Below are positions 37,014 through 44,569 of a stretch of 64,000 nt of DNA, piece by piece. The DNA comes from a virus. The notes under the pieces are model-generated. The model was not told the origin of the DNA. It did not search any database and saw nothing but the letters and a program-made list of their open reading frames with translations. Location of the stretch: the IMG/VR virus record IMGVR_UViG_3300028802_000007, positions 66,936-130,935 of that record; one strand, written 5' to 3'. Both the position numbers and the translations under genes were made by a program. Positions within the stretch are counted from its first letter, which is position 1. The number at the start of each line of letters is the position of its first letter.

Positions 37014-37014
37014 G

Positions 37015-38751
37015 GTGGACCTGACCCATGCCTCCTTCTTCAGCGGAGTGGGAGGCGTTGACCTTGGGCTTGAGCGAGCTGGATGGAGAACCGTCTCCAC
37101 CAGCGAAGTCGATCCCTACGCCAACGCCGTCCTCGCCCACCACTGGCCGGACGTCCCGAACCTCGGAGACATCGTTGCTCTCGCCCACGCTGAGGGTGGG
37201 GCCCAAGAACAACCGGCAGGGCAGCACGTCAGCGATGCAGCCGGTCATCCTGACTGGTGGGACGCCACCCTCTGGTCAGGAGGGTTCCCCTGTCAGGATC
37301 TCTCCGTTGCGGGCAAGCGCCGTGGCTTCGCGGGCGATCGCAGCAGCCTCGCCTTCGCCTTCCTGGACCTCGTTGGAGTTCACCGACCTCGAGCCATCCT
37401 TCTCGAGAACGTCCCCGGTCTCCTCTCCAGTCATGGGGGCCGAGACCTTGGGGCTCTCCTCGGTGCGATGGTCGAACTCGGGTACGGCGTGGCGTGGCGC
37501 GAGCTCGACGCTAAGCACTTCGGCGTGCCCCAGCGCCGACGACGGATCTTCCTCCTTGGTCTGCGAAGCGAGGCCGACGACCCTGACGGACGTGTTGCAG
37601 CCGACCGCGCCGCTGCGGTTCTCGCTGTCGGCACGCGCTGCGACAGGCATCCTGCGCCGGGCTGGAAGAAGGGGACGGTCCCTGCCAGCGGACCTCGAAG
37701 AGGCGCTTCACTCGTTGGGGGAGGAAACTCCGCCCCCCAGTCCCAGCGCGTCTTTGGCACCGACGGTGAGTCCCCTGCGCTCAGCGTCCAGAACCGCTAC
37801 GGAGGACCCCAAGCCCCAGCCGTCCACGTCGGCAGCCTCCAAGTCGGAAGCGGACCCGGAGGTGGCTGGCGTGTCGGAGCCGACGAGGCAGGGGCCGGGC
37901 ACGTCATCGTTGGTCCGCCGTCTGACGCCGGTGGAGTGCGAGAGGCTGATGGGGTGGCCGGACGGCTGGACGATCGCGCCGGGGTGGTTAGAGCGTTCAC
38001 GAAAAGCCGCCGCGCCCAGACCGACCACGACCACGAGACGTGGGTCGAAGGCGACGCCACCCCCACCCTGAATGGCTTCGACTCGTCCGCCGTCCGGGCG
38101 ACCACCGTCATCAGCCAGTCCCTCGACCAGAAGAACGGCGGTGTCGATGACAACGAGGCCCAGTCTGGCCTAGCCATGGGCGGTGGCATCATGGACGATC
38201 CGCTCCTGCCCACTGGGCTCGACTCCAACCGCTATCGGTGCTGCGGCAATGGTGTCGTCGCCCCGGTGGCGGAGTGGATCGGGGCCAGGCTCGCCGCCTA
38301 CCTGAACCAGAGCCCGTGGGTGGTCGTGCCCAAGGGCAACAAGGCCGCCGTGGCTCTGGCCGACGGGCACTACAGCCGCCGCAAGGTGGGCAGCCCGCAG
38401 TTCATGCCACCCGGCCAGACGCTGGTCCTCATCACGCCCGACGACAAGGCCGTCTTCGGCTGGTGGCGTCCGCACCCTGACTCTGGCATCAAGCAGATGA
38501 ACGGCCTCGATGGCTGGACATGCACCATCTTCCGCAACACCGGACCGCAGCGGTCGAGCGACCTGATCCTCGCCGCCGAGAAGGAGCTCCTCGAGAGGTA
38601 CGACGTGGGCCCGGACGGCCTGCTGACCTACGTCTGGGACAAGAAGGTCGAGTCAGTCAACCCGGGCTACTGCTTCAAGGTCGCCGGGTGGAAGCGCATC
38701 GGGCGATCGCAGGACGACCGCAAGACCTTGCTCCAGAAGAGGCCAACATGA
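37015..38751 (+). CDS. C5 DNA methyltransferase alpha chain fused to a C-terminal Mom/GNAT-like domain
   Basis: SFFSGVGGVDLG, GGFPCQDLS, LLENVPG, PQRRRRIF, RYRCCGNGV; then HYSRR..QFMPPG..CTIFRN..LTYV..NPGYCFKVAGW. Confidence 0.85.
   Translation: MDLTHASFFSGVGGVDLGLERAGWRTVSTSEVDPYANAVLAHHWPDVPNLGDIVALAHAEGGAQEQPAGQHVSDAAGHPDWWDATLWSGGFPCQDLSVAGKRRGFAGDRSSLAFAFLDLVGVHRPRAILLENVPGLLSSHGGRDLGALLGAMVELGYGVAWRELDAKHFGVPQRRRRIFLLGLRSEADDPDGRVAADRAAAVLAVGTRCDRHPAPGWKKGTVPASGPRRGASLVGGGNSAPQSQRVFGTDGESPALSVQNRYGGPQAPAVHVGSLQVGSGPGGGWRVGADEAGAGHVIVGPPSDAGGVREADGVAGRLDDRAGVVRAFTKSRRAQTDHDHETWVEGDATPTLNGFDSSAVRATTVISQSLDQKNGGVDDNEAQSGLAMGGGIMDDPLLPTGLDSNRYRCCGNGVVAPVAEWIGARLAAYLNQSPWVVVPKGNKAAVALADGHYSRRKVGSPQFMPPGQTLVLITPDDKAVFGWWRPHPDSGIKQMNGLDGWTCTIFRNTGPQRSSDLILAAEKELLERYDVGPDGLLTYVWDKKVESVNPGYCFKVAGWKRIGRSQDDRKTLLQKRPT
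37235..38071 (+). CDS. overlapping alternative-frame beta chain of the C5 methyltransferase (start uncertain)
   Basis: LTDVLQ..RFSLSARAATGILRRAGRRG..LP..LEEAL and motif IX RRLTPVECERLMGWPDGWT lie in this frame, not the main frame. Confidence 0.75.
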   Translation: MQPVILTGGTPPSGQEGSPVRISPLRASAVASRAIAAASPSPSWTSLEFTDLEPSFSRTSPVSSPVMGAETLGLSSVRWSNSGTAWRGASSTLSTSACPSADDGSSSLVCEARPTTLTDVLQPTAPLRFSLSARAATGILRRAGRRGRSLPADLEEALHSLGEETPPPSPSASLAPTVSPLRSASRTATEDPKPQPSTSAASKSEADPEVAGVSEPTRQGPGTSSLVRRLTPVECERLMGWPDGWTIAPGWLERSRKAAAPRPTTTTRRGSKATPPPP

Positions 38752-38889
38752 CCACCACCGTCGCCACTCCAGACCACGATCCGCGACCTATCCGTATGCT
38801 CGTCCTCGAGGCCGCCATCCGGCGGGCCATCGAGATGCTGGACGGTGAGGGAGATGTCGAGGTACGCGAGCTTCTCGAGGAGGCGCTCC

Positions 38890-39351
38890 GTGAGGGTAGT
38901 CATCGCGGGTAGCCGTGCCCTGCCACGCGGCCAGGCTCCGCGCCTGCTGGCTCGCTTCCTCGCCAAGTTCGATGACGGTGACAGCGTCCTGATCCGCACG
39001 CCCAAGATGGGTGAGCCCGGCCCCTTCGAGCGCGACGTCATCAAGCTGTGCGAGCTCTTCCAAGTCGAGGTCGAGACGTTCACGCCGGAGCCCACGCCGC
39101 AGACGCCGGGCCGTGGCTCCGTCTTCCTCCGCGACATCGAGATGGTTGACAAGGCGGACCTCGTCCTCCTGTTCTTCACGCCGACGGAGGCTGTCGAGGG
39201 CTACTCAGGCACGGCCCACATGATGGAGAAGGCGCTCGATGCCGCACGTCCGGTCTACGCCTACACCGTGTCGGAGGCCGGCGAGGTGAACCGGCTGGGC
39301 GAGTACGACCCTGACGATCTGTTCAGCCACAAAGTTCCGTCAGTACCTTGA
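38890..39351 (+). CDS. SLOG-superfamily (YspA-like) protein
   Basis: RVVIAGSR...FLRDIEMVDKADLVLLF...SGTAHMMEKA...PVY. Confidence 0.65.
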   Translation: MRVVIAGSRALPRGQAPRLLARFLAKFDDGDSVLIRTPKMGEPGPFERDVIKLCELFQVEVETFTPEPTPQTPGRGSVFLRDIEMVDKADLVLLFFTPTEAVEGYSGTAHMMEKALDAARPVYAYTVSEAGEVNRLGEYDPDDLFSHKVPSVP

Positions 39352-39377
39352 CATCATGGTGTCATGCCACTTATTGT
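39348..39377 (+). promoter_or_regulatory. sigma70-like promoter for the Y-RNA/Ro operon
   Basis: TTGACA-N18-TATTGT; predicted +1 near 39384 coincides with the 5' end of module 1. Confidence 0.75.
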
Positions 39378-39383
39378 TCGCGG

Positions 39384-39454
39384 TCTGCGGTGCGTAGCCA
39401 CGGGGTTACTTCTCTGGAAAGTAATACCTCGAACGGCGATCTTGTTCTCGCAGA
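39384..39454 (+). ncRNA. Y-RNA-like module 1 (minimal insert)
   Basis: TCTGCG-GTGCGTA..GGGGTTACTTC..ACCTC..TTGTTCTC-GCAGA; termini pair. Confidence 0.7.
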
Positions 39455-39464
39455 TAACTGAATA

Positions 39465-39605
39465 GGTGACGGTGCGTAGGCCGGGGATACTTCGTTAATC
39501 TTTGGGTCGTGGGTTCGAGTCCCACCCCGGGCCCGCAAGGGCCTGGGTAGCTCAGTTGGTAGAGCAAAAGACAAGAGACACCTCGTCCACTCAGTCCTCG
39601 TCGCC
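39465..39605 (+). ncRNA. Y-RNA-like module 2, YrlA-like with circularly permuted tRNA domain
   Basis: T arm GTGGG-TTCGAGT-CCCAC, acceptor stem closed by GCAA, D arm GCTC-AGTTGGTA-GAGC, anticodon stem TCTTT/AAAGA. Confidence 0.88.
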
Positions 39606-39612
39606 ACTAGAC

Positions 39613-39736
39613 GTGCTGATGGTGCGTATGGGTAGGGGCTACTTCGTTGCTTGAAGTCTCAGTTCGACTCTGACGGAGAGCTTGCTCTCTGTGGCAGTGG
39701 TGCCAACACCTCAACCCGACCTGTTCTCATCGGCGC
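39613..39736 (+). ncRNA. Y-RNA-like module 3 (reduced permuted tRNA-like domain)
   Basis: TCAG-TTCGACT-CTGA T arm, CGGAGAG-CTTG-CTCTCTG stem, TGGC-AGTGGT-GCCA D-like arm; same scaffold. Confidence 0.8.
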
Positions 39737-39745
39737 TACATCAAC

Positions 39746-39856
39746 GTCAGCGGTGCGTAGACCGGGGTTCCTTCGTTGGAGAGAGCCCACCGGCTTGCTG
39801 GTGGGTGGGGGTTCGAGTCCCCCAAGTAAAACCTTGATCGCCTAGTCCTCGCTGAT
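39746..39856 (+). ncRNA. Y-RNA-like module 4
   Basis: CCCACCGG-CTTG-CTGGTGGG hairpin plus T arm GGGGG-TTCGAGT-CCCCC; same scaffold. Confidence 0.78.
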
Positions 39857-39865
39857 ACATCCGTT

Positions 39866-39984
39866 CCAGTGGTGCGTAGAAGAGGGGTACTTCGAGTGCC
39901 AGGCCCCGCAAGGGGTCAGCCGGACACTCAACCGGCAACCCGCCGCAAGGCGGTTCGTTCCCTTCCTCGACTTGTTCTCACTGG
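39866..39984 (+). ncRNA. Y-RNA-like module 5 (non-tRNA insert, two GCAA-capped hairpins)
   Basis: CCAGTG-GTGCGTA..GGGGTACTTC..TTGTTCTC-ACTGG. Confidence 0.75.
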
Positions 39985-40004
39985 TACACCGACAGGAGCT
40001 TCGA

Positions 40005-41570
40005 ATGGTCAAGCTCGCCGCCCGCACGAAGCGGGCTCCCAAGGCACCGGTCACGTCCACCAAGGGCCGGAAGCCGGACACCCTCACCTACAACGCAGGC
40101 GCAGGGTTCTCCCGTGAAGCCAAGTCGGAGCTGTTCCTCCTGTCCGTGACCAACATGGTCAGCGAGGACACCTTCTACGAGCGCGGCAAGAACCGTGACA
40201 AGCGGTTCGTGGACCTCATCCGTCAGGTCGCCCTCGAAGATCCCGACTGGGTCGCCCGGCTTGTGCCCTACCTCCGCGACACGATGAACATGCGATCCGC
40301 ATCCATCGTGATGGCGGCTGAGCTGGTGCATGCCAAGCTGACCCGTCCCGTCGGTCCCGGCACGATCAAGAACCGCGACATCATTGCGTCCGCAATCAAG
40401 CGGGCGGATGAGCCGGCGGAGATGATCGGCTACTGGATGTCCGAGTGGGGCAAGGCCCTGCCGCAGCCGGTGAAGCGCGGCATCGCTGACGCGGTCGTGC
40501 GCGTGTACAACGAGCGGTCCCTGATCAAGTACGACGGTGGCGACAAGGCCATCCGCTTCGGTGATGTCATCGACCTCACCCACCCGGAGGCCAAGGCCCC
40601 GTGGCAGTCGGCTCTGTTCAAGTACGCCATCGATGACCGCCACAAGCGGGACATCCCGATCTTGGAGCGTGCTGAACTCGGCCTGGTCTGGGCCAACGAG
40701 GGTGCGATGTCGCTCGACACCGACGCCTTCCGCGCTGCCTTCACGCCTGAGTTCGTGGCGGCGGCTGGCCTGACGTGGGAGCAGGCGTCGTCCAAGTACG
40801 GCAAGCTCGACGCGAAGTTCTGGGAGGCGATGATCCCCTCGATGGGCATCTTCGCCATCGTGCGGAACATCCGCAACTTCGAGGACGCCGAGATCAGCGA
40901 GGCCGCCGCCGACCTGGTCCGGGCCAAGCTCAAGGACGAGGAGACCATCCGCAAGTCGCGGATGTTCCCGCTCCGGTTCATGGCCGCGTACACCGCGACC
41001 AAGAGCCTGACGTTCGCCCGCGAGCTCGAGGCCGCGATCGACCTCGCCACCTCCAACGTGCCTGCCCTGACGGGCAAGACGCTGGTGATGGTGGACATCT
41101 CCGGCTCCATGGACGCGGCGCTGTCCGCCAAGTCGGACGTCAAGCGGCTTGCCGTGGCGTCCATCTTCGGTGCGGCTCTCGCGATCCGGGCGGAGAAGGC
41201 CGACCTCGTGGCGTTCTCGGACACCACGGCGGTCATCCCGGTCCGCAAGACGGACTCGGTGCTGCGGACGGTGGCTGCCCTCGTGCAGTCCCTGCCGCAC
41301 GGTGGCACCCAGACGTGGCAGGCGGTGCAGCGCACCTACACCGACCACGACCGGATTGTCATCGTGACCGACGAGCAGGCCAACGCAGGCTACGCGGGGA
41401 CGACCCTCCCTGAGGACGCCCGCGTCTACACCTTCAACGTGGCTGGCTACCGTGCCGGTCACGGCCCGTCGGGCAAGAAGGGGTGGTACACGTTCGGTGG
41501 GCTGACGGATGCGGGCTTCACCGCCATCGAGCTCCTCGAGCGAGGGAACGACCAGACCTGGCCGTTCTGA
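40005..41570 (+). CDS. rsr: Ro60/Rsr ortholog (TROVE + vWA domains)
   Basis: KSELFLL..TFYE..YLRDTMNMRS..RADEPAE..LPQPVKRGIADA..KYD..DVIDLTHP..TWE..RNIRN..SRMFPLRF; vWA MIDAS VDISGSM, GGT, IVTDEQ. Confidence 0.95.
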   Translation: MVKLAARTKRAPKAPVTSTKGRKPDTLTYNAGAGFSREAKSELFLLSVTNMVSEDTFYERGKNRDKRFVDLIRQVALEDPDWVARLVPYLRDTMNMRSASIVMAAELVHAKLTRPVGPGTIKNRDIIASAIKRADEPAEMIGYWMSEWGKALPQPVKRGIADAVVRVYNERSLIKYDGGDKAIRFGDVIDLTHPEAKAPWQSALFKYAIDDRHKRDIPILERAELGLVWANEGAMSLDTDAFRAAFTPEFVAAAGLTWEQASSKYGKLDAKFWEAMIPSMGIFAIVRNIRNFEDAEISEAAADLVRAKLKDEETIRKSRMFPLRFMAAYTATKSLTFARELEAAIDLATSNVPALTGKTLVMVDISGSMDAALSAKSDVKRLAVASIFGAALAIRAEKADLVAFSDTTAVIPVRKTDSVLRTVAALVQSLPHGGTQTWQAVQRTYTDHDRIVIVTDEQANAGYAGTTLPEDARVYTFNVAGYRAGHGPSGKKGWYTFGGLTDAGFTAIELLERGNDQTWPF

Positions 41571-42025
41571 TGCCACAGCCTCCCGACTTCGATGGGGAAA
41601 CCTACGAGCGGGACCGCGACCATGAGCGCCTGACCAGCCAACTCGGCAGAGTCAGGTCGCTCATGGCCGACGGCCACTGGCGGGCCCTCCCTGAGATCGC
41701 GCTGGGGACCGGCGACCCGGAAGCCTCCATCTCTGCGAGGCTCCGAGACCTTCGCAAGACCAAGTTCGGCGGCCTCCGTGTCGAACGTCGCTACGTCGAG
41801 GAGGGTCTCTGGGAGTACAGGGTCTCACCACTCGACACGCTGGACGTTCCAGTACCTCAAGCAGCACCCCCTCCTCCCCCTCCAGCAAGGCCCAGTCGTT
41901 GGGTCTGCACTTCGTGCCAGCAGCCAGCCAGCGTGGACCCGACGGTCTCGCTCGTGCCCAACATCGCCATCGGCAAGTGCCTCGTCTGCAAGAAGGACTC
42001 GACGTTCAGGCGTGTCGGCGCGTAG
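41570..42025 (+). CDS. winged-helix protein with C-terminal Zn ribbon
   Basis: LMADGHWRALPEIALGTGDPEASISARLRDLRK...WEYRV; CTSC..CLVC. Confidence 0.7.
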   Translation: MPQPPDFDGETYERDRDHERLTSQLGRVRSLMADGHWRALPEIALGTGDPEASISARLRDLRKTKFGGLRVERRYVEEGLWEYRVSPLDTLDVPVPQAAPPPPPPARPSRWVCTSCQQPASVDPTVSLVPNIAIGKCLVCKKDSTFRRVGA

Positions 42026-42036
42026 ACTCCCCCGCG

Positions 42037-42477
42037 ATGGCGTCACCCACCCCGTTCCCTGACCATGTCATGCGCGAGACCGCGCACTGGGCGACCTACT
42101 TCGCCAACGATTGGAAACAGGAAGCGCCGCAGTACATCCACTCCCACGACATCTCAGCCGACGGATCGCCGCAGTGGCACCCCGACTTCGAGACGTGGAT
42201 CACCCGCGACGAGAAGCCCTCGCGCCGCAACGGTGCTGAGCGGCTCCGAACAACCAGGGTCATGCGCCGTCTCAGGCGTGCGGCTGTCCGTGAATACGAG
42301 GTGCTCTACAGAGTCCTCGTGCTCAACGAGAGGCTCGAGGAGACGACCGTATGGCTCAACGATCGCGCACTACGAAACGCCATCCCACTCCAACCGGGCA
42401 GGACCGTCCACTACACCGACAAGGACACCCTCGCCCTCGTCATCTGCGGCATCGACTACGCCCGCTGTTTCTGGTAG
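42037..42477 (+). CDS. hypothetical protein (possible transcriptional regulator)
   Basis: ORF in the operon; helical and basic. Confidence 0.55.
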   Translation: MASPTPFPDHVMRETAHWATYFANDWKQEAPQYIHSHDISADGSPQWHPDFETWITRDEKPSRRNGAERLRTTRVMRRLRRAAVREYEVLYRVLVLNERLEETTVWLNDRALRNAIPLQPGRTVHYTDKDTLALVICGIDYARCFW

Positions 42478-42989
42478 TCGGAGCTCTTCTCACCGCCTGC
42501 GGGCCGGTCACATCGGCGGTGGCACCCACACCCACGGCTCTCCGTCAGAGTCCGCACCCCAGTAGTACCCCTCCGGCGTCGGCAACGCCCCTCCCGACAC
42601 TGATCCCCACGCCCACTTCCACACCAGAGCCACGCCCGTCACCACGAGCAGTAGCCAAAACAGTTTCCCGAGCAACGCCCAGGCCTGTTGCACCACGCAC
42701 CTCCAGCAGCCGTTCCATCAAGGGAACAGCCACATGGTATTGCCTGCCAGGCCGGTCAGCGTGCCCCCACGGCTACACAGGGGGCCTGTACGCCGCCATC
42801 AGCCCGGATCTGAAGGGATTGCGCGGGAAGCGCGTCCGCGTCTGCTACAGGTCATCCTGCGTCGTCGTGAAGATCGTGGACTGCGACTGTCAGGCCCGTC
42901 GGAGCATCGACCTCTTCGCTGACGCCTTCCGCAGGCTGGCTCCGCTGTCGGCGGGCCGGCTCCGGGGCGTGACCATCTCGTGGTCCTAG
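42351..42989 (+). CDS. RlpA/expansin-like double-psi beta-barrel lipoprotein (start uncertain)
   Basis: Hydrophobic stretch plus lipobox LTAC, Pro/Thr linker, GTATWY..YAA..VKIVDCDC..RSIDLFADAFRRLAPLSAG. Confidence 0.7.
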   Translation: MAQRSRTTKRHPTPTGQDRPLHRQGHPRPRHLRHRLRPLFLVVGALLTACGPVTSAVAPTPTALRQSPHPSSTPPASATPLPTLIPTPTSTPEPRPSPRAVAKTVSRATPRPVAPRTSSSRSIKGTATWYCLPGRSACPHGYTGGLYAAISPDLKGLRGKRVRVCYRSSCVVVKIVDCDCQARRSIDLFADAFRRLAPLSAGRLRGVTISWS

Positions 42990-43327
42990 TGGCCTAGGCC
43001 GAAGAAGGCCAAGATCCCGAAGAACGTCCCGACGATGCCGAGGACGACGCCAGTTCCGAGCACGAACCGCCACGCACCCTTCGTCTGGTTCCACCAATCA
43101 TCGATCGGCGCGAACTCCTCCTTCTTGAACAACTCGAAGTCGGCACGCAACCTGTCATGCCGCTCCCTGTTCTCCTTGGCACGCGACAGCAGGGACCGCC
43201 CGAGAGGGCTGGCCTCCGGCTCAGTGATGAGCAGCTCGCGGATGGACGCTACGTCTTTGGCGATGCCGTCCACCTTGTGGGCGAGCTTGTCATAACGCTG
43301 GTCATCGGTGCGCCGCAGTTCCGTCAT
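42986..43327 (-). CDS. coiled-coil plus C-terminal TM protein (lysis-associated)
   Basis: KGAWRFVLGTGVVLGIVGTFFGILAFF. Confidence 0.6.
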   Translation of the reverse strand: MTELRRTDDQRYDKLAHKVDGIAKDVASIRELLITEPEASPLGRSLLSRAKENRERHDRLRADFELFKKEEFAPIDDWWNQTKGAWRFVLGTGVVLGIVGTFFGILAFFGLGH

Positions 43328-43455
43328 GGCACCACCGATGAACCGATGGTGCTCAGGGCCTCCATGATCTGGCTACCCAAGAACAGCAGGGCAACGATCG
43401 CGACGATCGCAACCAAGGCCAGGATGAGTGCGTACTCGACAAGGCTTTGGGCCAT
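43324..43455 (-). CDS. flp: Flp/Fap type IVb pilin-like peptide (43 aa)
   Basis: Manual translation MAQSLVEYALILALVAIVAIVALLFLGSQIMEALSTIGSSVVP; Flp motif QxxxEYALI; RBS AGGAG; below the ORF-track cutoff. Confidence 0.85.
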   Translation of the reverse strand: MAQSLVEYALILALVAIVAIVALLFLGSQIMEALSTIGSSVVP

Positions 43456-43745
43456 CAGATAGCTCCTGTGTCGTCGTCGTCATCGTAGTGCGGATCGTTC
43501 ATGCGTCGGAACCAGCGCGGCCTGAACGGCCCCGGCGGTGGCAGCGGCTGCTTGGGCACCAGCGCCGGGTAGATGGGGCGCTCCTCGATCTTGGGCAAGT
43601 CGGGCCACAGGCGGTGGGCCGCCTCGAGCACTTGCATCAGCAGCCAGCCTGCGGTGATCTTGCGGTCGGACGTCTTGAGCATTGTGTCGAGACGCGTCGG
43701 CCAGAAGAAGACCGTGGTCTTCTCGCCCGTCTCGTTGTCGATCAT
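43455..43745 (-). CDS. hypothetical protein
   Basis: Coupled between the TadE-like and Flp-like genes. Confidence 0.55.
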   Translation of the reverse strand: MIDNETGEKTTVFFWPTRLDTMLKTSDRKITAGWLLMQVLEAAHRLWPDLPKIEERPIYPALVPKQPLPPPGPFRPRWFRRMNDPHYDDDDDTGAI

Positions 43746-44140
43746 CACGAGGGTGAGGCGACCGTGGTCGGGGTCGGGCTTGATGAGGCGGGCGGCGATG
43801 ACCGGGTCAAGGCCGTCTCCCGACTGCTGATCGGGATCTGGTCGAACATCGGCAGGCCCGTCTTGGGTTGGTATGGGCAGCGGCTCGTCGCTTGCACCAG
43901 GTCGGGCACGATACTGGTGACCTCGACGTCGCATCCTGGCAGTTCCCTATTGGCGACCGCATTCCATGAGGAGTTGGGGTGGCTGGCAGCCCAGTCCGCG
44001 ACGACCGCCGTCGCCCGGTCTTGGTGGGCCTTGGTGATGAGCAGATAGCCCACCTCCACGCCACCAAGGATGGTGAAGAGGAGGATTGGCAGGATGAGCG
44101 CGAACTCGACTAGGGCTTGAGCCTTCCTCCTTCTGTTCAT
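43745..44140 (-). CDS. TadE/TadG-like pseudopilin
   Basis: MNRRRKA|QALVEFALILPILLFTILGGVEVGY: basic leader, prepilin site, E at +5, TadE motif. Confidence 0.8.
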   Translation of the reverse strand: MNRRRKAQALVEFALILPILLFTILGGVEVGYLLITKAHQDRATAVVADWAASHPNSSWNAVANRELPGCDVEVTSIVPDLVQATSRCPYQPKTGLPMFDQIPISSRETALTRSSPPASSSPTPTTVASPS

Positions 44141-44352
44141 GTGCGCCCGCTCACTTGGCGGCCAGCCATGTAGCCGACGAGTGCGGCGATGATGACACTG
44201 ACGAAGCGGCTGATGGCATCAGCAGCGAAGGCGACGCTCGAGTCGCTACCGGTGACCGAGACGTACAGCAGGGCGAACGTGGTCGAGATGATCACGACCG
44301 CCACGACGATAGCGAGGATGAGGGCGACGAGGTCGGCGGTCTGTCGGGGCAC
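44137..44352 (-). CDS. two-TM membrane protein (holin-like)
   Basis: Two long hydrophobic helices. Confidence 0.55.
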   Translation of the reverse strand: MPRQTADLVALILAIVVAVVIISTTFALLYVSVTGSDSSVAFAADAISRFVSVIIAALVGYMAGRQVSGRT

Positions 44353-44569
44353 TGATGATCACGGCTTCCTCTTTCGGGGCCGCGTCGAGATCAACGCTGA
44401 GCCATCGTTCGGGCACGCGATCATCTTGATGCCCGGCAGCTTGAGCCACCGGAAACCGCAGTCGGGCTTGGGACAGGCCATGGGCAGGCCGTAGTCCTCA
44501 GACCGGATCGTGGGGCGGGCGTTCCCGCCCGCGCTCACGGGGACAGGAGGGAGGGCACCCCGTAGGTGC

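Noticed and set aside
39494-39830. Canonical tRNA genes
   Set aside because: T arms come before D arms, acceptor stems are closed by tetraloops and there is no CCA/discriminator end, so these are tRNA mimics inside Y-like RNAs.
39384-39984. CRISPR-like repeat-spacer array
   Set aside because: The conserved parts are split between both ends of each unit and pair with each other, and the inserts are structured RNAs of 15-80 nt rather than uniform spacers.
39978-41576. Long antisense ORFs (e.g. 39978-41576 minus, 54780-56672 plus, 56700-58553 plus, 3096-4355 plus)
   Set aside because: These are shadow frames of high-GC genes with no RBS or recognisable motifs, and the opposite strand has clear protein families.
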